DNA of 25,331 nucleotides. Origin: Chloroflexota bacterium. GTDB taxonomy: Bacteria > Chloroflexota > Dehalococcoidia > Lucifugimonadales > UBA3495. Made by a program: the position numbers and the translations under genes. Shown one piece after another: positions 9,932 through 17,029 of this stretch. The number at the start of each line of letters is the position of its first letter. Positions within the stretch are counted from its first letter, which is position 1. The notes beneath the pieces were generated by a model, which did no database searches, had not been told where the DNA came from, and was given only the letters and a program-made list of their open reading frames with translations. The stretch is from positions 1-25,331 of the forward strand of contig JAQBVF010000037.1 in assembly GCA_027623675.1 (NCBI GenBank), read 5' to 3'.

Positions 9932-10843
9932 TCAGGCAGTTTCGGATGTCGAATCTTGGAACTCGCGCAAGATAGCCAGGGCGTCTTCGCGAGTGTCGTC
10001 CCGGTCGAGAGCGAAGGCCAGCGATGCCCGGAGCAATCCCATGGGGGTGCCACCGTCGAACCGCTTTCCATCGAACCGGTAGGCGAACAGGTCATGGTCT
10101 TGAATCAGGGCCAGCAACCCGTCGGTTAGCTGGATCTCGCCCTTGGCGCCGGGCTCGGTCCGCTCCAGGAGCCCAAATATCTCCGGCGGCAGGATGTACC
10201 GGCCAACGATGGTCAGGTTGGACGGCGCTTGTTCCCTGGCCGGCTTCTCGACCAGTCCCTCAATCTTGACGATCCGGCCGTGAGACGCTGGGTCCGAAAC
10301 CGGGGTCCCGGCCACCACGCCGTAGTTGTGGATAACCTCCCACGGCGATTCCTCCACCGCGATCACCCCGCCGCCAACCCGCTCCGACACCTGGACCATC
10401 TGGGCGATGGCGCCAGGGGTGTGTGCCCCAGGGGCTTGAGAGATGATGTCGTCAGGCAGGATGACAACGAAAGGCTCGTCGCCCACCGCGTCCTTGGCCA
10501 TCAGCACGGCATGGCCCAGCCCCAGCGCCTCGTGCTGTACTACGAAGCTCACCCTGGCCATGTTCCCGGCCTCGGTCACCCGGTCCAACAGCGCTTGCTC
10601 GCCGTTGTCCGCCAGGCGTTGTTCCAATTCCAAATGGGGCCGAAAATAATCGGTGATCGACTCTTTCTCGGGCGATGTAACGATGATTACCTCTTCCACA
10701 CCGGCTTCCACCGCCTCGGCGATCACGTACTGCAATTGGGGACGGTCGATGATTGGAAGGAGTTCTTTGGGGACGGACATGGTCACCGGCAGGAACCGGG
10801 TTCCCAGGCCTGCGGCGGGTATAACGGCTTTTCGTATCTTCAT
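9932..10843 (-). CDS. galU: UTP--glucose-1-phosphate uridylyltransferase
   Basis: MKIRKAVIPAAGLGTRFLP, PKELLPI, GLGHAV, LVEKP, GEIQLTD. Start placed at ATG 10843 to match the family N-terminus. Confidence 0.95.
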   Translation of the reverse strand: MKIRKAVIPAAGLGTRFLPVTMSVPKELLPIIDRPQLQYVIAEAVEAGVEEVIIVTSPEKESITDYFRPHLELEQRLADNGEQALLDRVTEAGNMARVSFVVQHEALGLGHAVLMAKDAVGDEPFVVILPDDIISQAPGAHTPGAIAQMVQVSERVGGGVIAVEESPWEVIHNYGVVAGTPVSDPASHGRIVKIEGLVEKPAREQAPSNLTIVGRYILPPEIFGLLERTEPGAKGEIQLTDGLLALIQDHDLFAYRFDGKRFDGGTPMGLLRASLAFALDRDDTREDALAILREFQDSTSETA

Positions 10844-10895
10844 AGATTGTTCCACCCAAACTGCGCGAGCGGTATGACAGAGGCCACCAGGGCAC

Positions 10896-10925
10896 TTGAC
10901 TCTGTGGCTCTACCAATCCTACCAT
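10896..10925 (+). promoter_or_regulatory. sigma70-type promoter of the SRP RNA
   Basis: TTGACT (10896-10901), 18-nt spacer, TACCAT (10920-10925), ending 8 nt before the predicted RNA 5' end. Confidence 0.7.
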
Positions 10926-10933
10926 GATACTGA

Positions 10934-11199
10934 GGCCGTACTAGACGGGGAGCCAGCGGTGCCCTGTATCCGCAATCCGCTATAGCGGGGTTGAATTCCT
11001 CCCCTCGGCGTGACCAGAGGGCCCATATTGTGAGCGGTGATATAGAGGGTTGGGTCCCGCGCGACGTAGACTTGTGAACCCCGCCAGATCCGGAAGGAAG
11101 CAACGGTAAACAGGACCCTACGGGTGCCGCGGGAGTGCCTGACCTGAGTTGTCGCTTACGACACGCTCGATGGTCAATGACAACGGGAGGTGTGCGGTC
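10934..11199 (+). ncRNA. ffs: Signal recognition particle RNA, large (Alu-domain-containing) bacterial type
   Basis: Terminal helix GGCCGTAC/GTGCGGTC; Bacillus scRNA-like Alu sequence GGGGAGCCAGCGGTGCCCTGTA..GCAATCCGCTATAGC; conserved S-domain CAGATCCGGAAGGAAGCAAC. Confidence 0.93.
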
Positions 11200-11206
11200 T
11201 TTTCAA

Positions 11207-12073
11207 ATGTCCTCAAAATCCCCTTTCGCAGCCCCGGGTTTCGCAGCGCCAACCCGCAACTCTGGCCCCCGCAAATCACTGGGCCAGCATTTCCTGGCGG
11301 ATAGCCGGACCGCCGGCCGGATACTGGACGCCGCCGACCTCTCGCCCACCGACCTGATCGTGGAGATTGGCCCCGGCAGAGGCGTGCTGACCAAGCGGCT
11401 GGTGGGCCAGGTGCGGCGGGTGGTTGCCGTGGAATTGGACGGCGCCCTGGCCGCGGCGCTGCCGGAGCGTCTGGAAGACCCAGCCAATCTAACCTGCGTT
11501 GAAGCCGACGCGCGGGACGTTGACCTAGCCGAGCTTATCGCCCCCGACACCAGCTACAAGGTGGTCGCCAACCTCCCTTACTACGCCGCCAACCCCATCG
11601 TGCGCCGACTGTTGGAGTCGCCGCCCAAACCTGAACTGTTGGTGGTGATGGTGCAGCAGGAAGTGGCCAAGAATATGGTGGCCAAGCCCGGTGACATGGG
11701 CATACTTTCGGTGGCGACCCAGTTCTACGCCAAAGCGAAGATGGTCTGCTCGGTTCCGCCAAAGTCATTCAGGCCCCCTCCCAAGGTCACCTCAGCCGTG
11801 GTGCGTCTGGAAGTATTGCCAAGACCGCCAGTCGAGGTCGACAGCGAGGCGGGGTTCTTCCAGGTCGTGCGGGCCGGCTTCGCCGCTCCCAGGAAGCAGA
11901 TACGAAACTCCCTAAGCCATGGGCTGCACATCGGTCCCAGCGAGGGAGGCCACGTACTCGAGCAGGCTGGAATCGACGCCACCCGCCGTCCCCAGACTCT
12001 CGATATCGAGGAGTGGGCCAGCGTCTACCGGGCGTGCTCAAAGGTCCTGCCCACCGGGTGGCGGGGGGAATAG
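11207..12073 (+). CDS. rsmA: 16S rRNA m6,2A1518/1519 dimethyltransferase
   Basis: KSLGQHFL, VEIGPGRG, VANLPY, SFRPPPKVTS. Start moved to ATG 11207 because the upstream extension lies inside the SRP RNA. Confidence 0.95.
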   Translation: MSSKSPFAAPGFAAPTRNSGPRKSLGQHFLADSRTAGRILDAADLSPTDLIVEIGPGRGVLTKRLVGQVRRVVAVELDGALAAALPERLEDPANLTCVEADARDVDLAELIAPDTSYKVVANLPYYAANPIVRRLLESPPKPELLVVMVQQEVAKNMVAKPGDMGILSVATQFYAKAKMVCSVPPKSFRPPPKVTSAVVRLEVLPRPPVEVDSEAGFFQVVRAGFAAPRKQIRNSLSHGLHIGPSEGGHVLEQAGIDATRRPQTLDIEEWASVYRACSKVLPTGWRGE

Positions 12074-12076
12074 CCG

Positions 12077-12961
12077 TTGGACGTCTTCGCTTACGCCAAA
12101 GTGAATCTGACCTTTGAAGTGCTGGGCCGCCGCAGCGATGGCTACCACGATGTTGCGACCATCATGCAGACCATCGACCTGGCCGACGTGCTCCGTATCG
12201 AGCCTGCCCCCCGGCTGAGCGTGGAATGCGAGTATCCCGAGTTGGCGGGAGAGGAGAACCTGGTCTGGAAAGCGGCCGTCGAGTTGGCGAAAGCCTACGG
12301 CGTTGAACCCAAAGCCAAGATTGCCGTCGAGAAGCATATCCCGGTGGCAATGGGACTGGGCGGCGGCAGCAGCGACGCGGCGGCGGCTTTGATCGGGTTG
12401 AACCGGCTGTGGGATCTGGGATTGTCTGTTGAGGAGTTAGCCATCGTCGGGGCGGGACTCGGCTCGGATGTTTCCTTCTTCCTCTGGGGCGGGACTGCTC
12501 TGGCGATGGGCCGGGGCGAACAGATAACCGCATTGCCATCCCTGCCGCCCATGGCGATGACGCTGGTGTTTCCCGACCTGGTGATTCCCAACAAGACAGC
12601 CTCCATGTATTCCAGGCTCACCATGGCCCAGTTCAGCGACGGCGGAGTAACCCGCCAGATGATACAGATCCTAACTGCGGGTCAGTTCGTAAGACAGTCT
12701 GTGGGAGGCCTGGTTTTCAACGCCTTTTCGGAGGTGGCGGCCCAAGCATACCCAGAATTGGTGGAACTATGCCGCCTGGCCGCCGATCAGGGAGCGGCGC
12801 CCATGCATCTGTGTGGGGCAGGCCCGGCTATGTTTACGCTCCCCTCCAGCGAAGAACAGCACCAGATGATAGTAGAACAGTTGCAACCGCACGGCGCCGG
12901 GGTTTACCTTGTTAGCACGCTCCCGCCTGATAGGTGCGGCACGGCTGCGGTATCTGCCTAG
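12077..12961 (+). CDS. ispE: 4-diphosphocytidyl-2-C-methyl-D-erythritol kinase
   Basis: AYAKVNL, GRRSDGYH, KHIPVAMGLGGGSSDAA, LGSDV. Confidence 0.95.
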   Translation: MDVFAYAKVNLTFEVLGRRSDGYHDVATIMQTIDLADVLRIEPAPRLSVECEYPELAGEENLVWKAAVELAKAYGVEPKAKIAVEKHIPVAMGLGGGSSDAAAALIGLNRLWDLGLSVEELAIVGAGLGSDVSFFLWGGTALAMGRGEQITALPSLPPMAMTLVFPDLVIPNKTASMYSRLTMAQFSDGGVTRQMIQILTAGQFVRQSVGGLVFNAFSEVAAQAYPELVELCRLAADQGAAPMHLCGAGPAMFTLPSSEEQHQMIVEQLQPHGAGVYLVSTLPPDRCGTAAVSA

Positions 12962-13046
12962 CCTGCTGCCATCCGTTAGGCGTGGGGTTGGTCTGCTGCC
13001 GCACAGCGGATAGAGTCCGAATTTTGACACGGCGAAGGTTCGATCA

Positions 13047-13922
13047 ATGGGCGCTCTGGCCAGCATTTCCATCGGGATAAACCCCAACCTGATAGACGTA
13101 GGGCCTTTCGTCCTTTCGTGGCACGGCGTGATGACCTTTGTCGCGGTGGCGGTGGCGGTCTATCTGGTTGCCAAATGGGGCGGCCGCGAGGGTATGAACG
13201 TCGATTCGATCTACTCCGTTGCCGTCTGGGCAATCATCGGCGGTGTGATCGGCGCCAGGGTTCTGCACGTGATCGACTTTTGGAACGAGGTCTACCGGGA
13301 CGACTTCTGGAGCGTCTTCTCTGTCTGGTCTGGCGGCATAGCGATCTACGGGGCCATCATCGGCGGGTTCATCGGCGGCGCACTATACATCATGATCCGC
13401 AACTCAAATTGGTTCCTAGCCCTGTGGGGTACGGTGTTCCCGTTCATGGGGGACCCGCACCCGGCCAACCTGCCTGGGATCGGCCGCTTGGCCGACATCA
13501 CTGCGCCGGCCCTGCTCATTGGGCAGGCCATCGGGCGGGTGGGCGATGTCATCAACGGCGAACACTTCTCAACCCTATCGAACCTGCCTTGGGCAGTGAT
13601 CTACACCCACCCAAACAGCCCGGGAATATTCAGGCCGCCGACCCATCCCGCCGTGGCCTACGAGTTGCTTTTCGACCTGCTTTTGCTGGTTGCGATCTGG
13701 CCCCTGCGGGACCGCCTGCGTCCCCACGGCATGTTCTTCGCTCTGTATCTGGGGACTTATTCCATCGGACGGTTCTTCCTCAGCTTCTTGAGGGAGGAAT
13801 TCAACGAATACTTCGGCGCGCTGAACGAAGCTCAAGTGGTGGCCATAATCGTGGTATTGCTTACGGTGCCGCTGCTGGTGTGGAAGGCCCAATTGGTGCG
13901 GCCCACGGTGAACCGGAACTGA
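13047..13922 (+). CDS. lgt: Prolipoprotein diacylglyceryl transferase
   Basis: Multi-TM protein with IGARVLHV, WSGGIAIYGA, GQAIGRVGDVINGE, HPAVAYE, YSIGRFFLSFLR. Confidence 0.9.
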   Translation: MGALASISIGINPNLIDVGPFVLSWHGVMTFVAVAVAVYLVAKWGGREGMNVDSIYSVAVWAIIGGVIGARVLHVIDFWNEVYRDDFWSVFSVWSGGIAIYGAIIGGFIGGALYIMIRNSNWFLALWGTVFPFMGDPHPANLPGIGRLADITAPALLIGQAIGRVGDVINGEHFSTLSNLPWAVIYTHPNSPGIFRPPTHPAVAYELLFDLLLLVAIWPLRDRLRPHGMFFALYLGTYSIGRFFLSFLREEFNEYFGALNEAQVVAIIVVLLTVPLLVWKAQLVRPTVNRN

Positions 13923-13969
13923 CCCTGACTTCAGGCAACGCCACCTAGGCCCAAGGATTTTCGGACCAT

Positions 13970-15670
13970 TCAGTCGCGGGATGGCCGGAAGTCCAACATC
14001 CTTAGCGCGATTGCGCCATTGCCCCTATAAGTATCGTTGGTGACGGTGTAGGCCAGGTCAACGAACTCGGTGCTAGGCCGCCATCGGTCGGCCTGGTTGA
14101 ATGCCAAGGCAGTGAACACCACGCCGTTCATCTCCACCCTCAGGCGCAGGTGTTGCTTCTCCCGGCCCATGGTGGCGTACTCCGATACCTTGGCGCCCAG
14201 GGTGGCGAACACCGGCCTGGTATTGCCCGGGCCGTACGGCTCAAGGTCGCGGATCCACCGCACCGCTTCGGCGTCCAGTTCATCCAGGTTGATAACGGAG
14301 TCTATCTCGACTGTCCGCTCCAACCCCTGGGTCTCCAACGAATCTTCGCTGTAAGCCTCCAGGCGGGATTTAAGCAGGGGTATGTCCCTCGTTGGGACTG
14401 TGAGACCGGCAGCCTGTGAATGGCCGCCGAATCGCACCAGAAGGTCTTCGCAAGACTCGAATGCCGCCGCGATATTGAATTCGGGGATGCTGCGGCCGCT
14501 GGCGACGCTGGTTTCGCCCTCGATGGCAATGACCACCGCCGGACGCCGGTACCGGTCCACCAGTCGTCCCGCTATGAGGCCGGCGACGCCCCTGAGGAAC
14601 CGCTCATCTGATACGACCAATATCGACGGCAGCTCGGGCAGGTCTTCCACATAGGCCTTGGCGATCTCGTAGGTCTCTTCCGTGACCGCGCGGCGCTCCA
14701 GATTCAAAGACTCCAGCTTGTGGGTTAGGGAACCGGCCTCCTCGGGCGAGGTGGTTGTCAGCAGGCGGAAGCTGTCCATGGGGTCGCCCATGCGTCCGGC
14801 GGAATTCAGCCTGGGCGCGATCTGGAAGGACACGGTCTCGGCGGTGATGTCGTTCGGGTCCACTCTGGCCGAACTGTACAGGGCCCGCAGACCGGGGCGG
14901 CGGGTGTTCGCCAGTTCCCTTAGACCCTCCTGCACCAGATACCGGTTCTCGTCCAGCAGCGGGACCAAGTCGGCGATGGTTCCCAGAGCAGCCAACTCCA
15001 GCAGGCCGGGGTCCCAGGGCTGGCCGTAGAATTCGTACAGGCCTTGAATCAGCTTGAACCCGATTCCGGCCCCACACAGCTCGAAGAAAGGGTAATTGCC
15101 GCCGGGAACCTTGGGATTGAGCGACGTCACCGCGTTGGGGACGCCGTCGTGGGGTAGGTGGTGGTCGGTGATGATTACATCGACACCCAGGGTTCTGGCG
15201 TAGTCCACCTCTTCAAAAGCGGTGATGCCACAGTCAACCGTCACGATGAGAGTTATGCCATCGCTGGCGAAGGTATCTACGGCGGCGTTGGACAACCCGT
15301 GGCCCTCGTCCACGCGGTGGGGCAGGTACGGCGTGACCGCTACCCCCAATGACGTTAGGCCCTCGAAGATGATGGCGGTGCCGGTGATGCCGTCCACGTC
15401 GAAGTCGCCGAACACGCCGACCTTTTCGTGATTGTTGACCGCGGAATACAGGCGCCGGAGCGCCACATCCATGCCAGCGATGCGAAGGGGATCGTGGGGC
15501 AGCTTGTGGGGCGGGTCCAGGAGTGAGGTTAGCTTTAAGGGAGTGTCGATGCCCCGCTTAACCAACAAACGTGCGATGGCCGGCGGCACGTGGCCGGATA
15601 GGCCTGAGATGTCCTGGGTAGCTGGCAGAGACCAGGGCCGCTCTCGGCCGCCGGTTGTCCCGATAGCCAA
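13970..15670 (-). CDS. recJ: Single-stranded-DNA-specific exonuclease
   Basis: GDFDVDG, VDCG, TDHH, GTIADLVPL, APRLNSAGR, GGHSQAAG, PYGPGN. Confidence 0.96.
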   Translation of the reverse strand: MAIGTTGGRERPWSLPATQDISGLSGHVPPAIARLLVKRGIDTPLKLTSLLDPPHKLPHDPLRIAGMDVALRRLYSAVNNHEKVGVFGDFDVDGITGTAIIFEGLTSLGVAVTPYLPHRVDEGHGLSNAAVDTFASDGITLIVTVDCGITAFEEVDYARTLGVDVIITDHHLPHDGVPNAVTSLNPKVPGGNYPFFELCGAGIGFKLIQGLYEFYGQPWDPGLLELAALGTIADLVPLLDENRYLVQEGLRELANTRRPGLRALYSSARVDPNDITAETVSFQIAPRLNSAGRMGDPMDSFRLLTTTSPEEAGSLTHKLESLNLERRAVTEETYEIAKAYVEDLPELPSILVVSDERFLRGVAGLIAGRLVDRYRRPAVVIAIEGETSVASGRSIPEFNIAAAFESCEDLLVRFGGHSQAAGLTVPTRDIPLLKSRLEAYSEDSLETQGLERTVEIDSVINLDELDAEAVRWIRDLEPYGPGNTRPVFATLGAKVSEYATMGREKQHLRLRVEMNGVVFTALAFNQADRWRPSTEFVDLAYTVTNDTYRGNGAIALRMLDFRPSRD

Positions 15671-15674
15671 ACTG

Positions 15675-16928
15675 TTAGGAGGCCCGGCCGGGCTTGGCTA
15701 ACACCAGGACGGAGTTGTGGCCGCCGAAACCGAAAGAGTTGCTTAGAGTGACGTTTAGTTCCTTGGAGACAGCCTTGTTGGGCGTGTAATCCAGGTCGCA
15801 ATCGGGGTCCGCCTCCGACAGGTTGATCGTTGGAGGGATGATGCTGTTCTCCATGGCTAAGATGCAGAAACAGGCTTCCAGCGCCCCGCCGGAACCCAAC
15901 AGGTGGGCGGTCATTGATTTGGTGGAACTGACCGGCACCCGGTAGGCGTCTTCACCAAGAGCGGCTTTGATCGCCTTGGTCTCATGTCGGTCGTTCATCG
16001 GCGTTGAGGTGCCGTGGGCGTTAACGTAATCAATCTCGGCGGGGCTCACGCCGGCTTCTTCCATGGCCTTAGTCATGGCCCGGGCCGCGCTTTCCCCGCT
16101 TTCCATCGGTTCGGTCAGGTGATGGGCATCCGATGTGGCGGCGTAGCCTCTGAATTCGGCGATCGGGGTCACGCCCCGGCGTTTGGCGCTCTCTTCGCTT
16201 TCCAGTACCAGGACCGCCGCGCCCTCGCCCATTACGAATCCGTCGCGGGCCTTGTCGAATGGACGACTCGCCCGGGCGGGGTCTTCATTGAACCGTGAGA
16301 GGGCTCTAAGAGCGTTGAAACCGGCGACCGCGACGGGCACCAAGGGTGCTTCGCTGCCTCCGGCCAAGACGATGTCTTCCTGGCCTCGCCTGATCATGGC
16401 CCAACCCTGACCCAGGGCGTCGGCGCCGCTGGAACAGGAGGACACCGCGCAGTAGTTGGCCCCCATCGAACCGGTGACCATCGAGACCTGAGCGGATGCC
16501 ATGTCGCCCAACATCATGGGTATGAGGAAAGGGCTGACGCGTTTGGGGCCACGGGAGATGAGGATCTCGTGCTGTTGGGAGAGGGTGCTGATACCGCCGA
16601 TGCCGCTTCCGATGATCACGCCGATGCGGTAGGGGTCGACGCCGCCTGGGACCAGTCCGGCCTGCTTGCACGCCTGTTGGGCTGCGACGGCGGCGAATTG
16701 AGCGAACCGGTCCATGCGCCGGGCTTCTTTGCGTTCCAGGTAATCCTCGGGGTCGAAGCCTTTCACTTCGGCAGCGAACCGGGTGTCGAATCCTTCCGAG
16801 TCGAAAGCGGTGATGAAGTCCACCCCAGAGCGTCCGTTAACGATGCCGTCCCAGGTTGTCGCCACGTCCAAACCGAGAGGGCTTATGATCCCCATGCCGG
16901 TAATCATAACCCGGTGATTTCCGCTCAT
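15675..16928 (-). CDS. fabF: Beta-ketoacyl-ACP synthase II (paralog 1)
   Basis: RVMITGMG, IGSGIGG, catalytic Cys in SSCSSG, NAHGTST, KSMTAHLLG, NSFGFGGHN. Start placed at ATG 16928 after a GGGAG RBS. Confidence 0.95.
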   Translation of the reverse strand: MSGNHRVMITGMGIISPLGLDVATTWDGIVNGRSGVDFITAFDSEGFDTRFAAEVKGFDPEDYLERKEARRMDRFAQFAAVAAQQACKQAGLVPGGVDPYRIGVIIGSGIGGISTLSQQHEILISRGPKRVSPFLIPMMLGDMASAQVSMVTGSMGANYCAVSSCSSGADALGQGWAMIRRGQEDIVLAGGSEAPLVPVAVAGFNALRALSRFNEDPARASRPFDKARDGFVMGEGAAVLVLESEESAKRRGVTPIAEFRGYAATSDAHHLTEPMESGESAARAMTKAMEEAGVSPAEIDYVNAHGTSTPMNDRHETKAIKAALGEDAYRVPVSSTKSMTAHLLGSGGALEACFCILAMENSIIPPTINLSEADPDCDLDYTPNKAVSKELNVTLSNSFGFGGHNSVLVLAKPGRAS

Positions 16929-16952
16929 AAATCTCCCAGCCCTTACACTCAA

Positions 16953-16978
16953 GTGATGGCCCATTTCTGGGCCATCAC
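16953..16978 (-). promoter_or_regulatory. Intercistronic 11-bp hairpin with a GAAA tetraloop
   Basis: Minus strand reads GTGATGGCCCA-GAAA-TGGGCCATCAC (perfect stem) with no U-tract after it. Confidence 0.7.
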
Positions 16979-17029
16979 GAATCACTAATCAACAATGCCG
17001 GTCCACAGGAGGGTCGAACCAGGTGGCGC

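Noticed and set aside
11135..11206. N-terminal extension of the rsmA ORF in the ORF track
   Set aside because: It lies inside the SRP RNA; ATG 11207 fits better.
16929..16985. N-terminal extension of fabF-1 in the ORF track
   Set aside because: It covers the intercistronic hairpin; ATG 16928 has an RBS and matches the FabF N-terminus.
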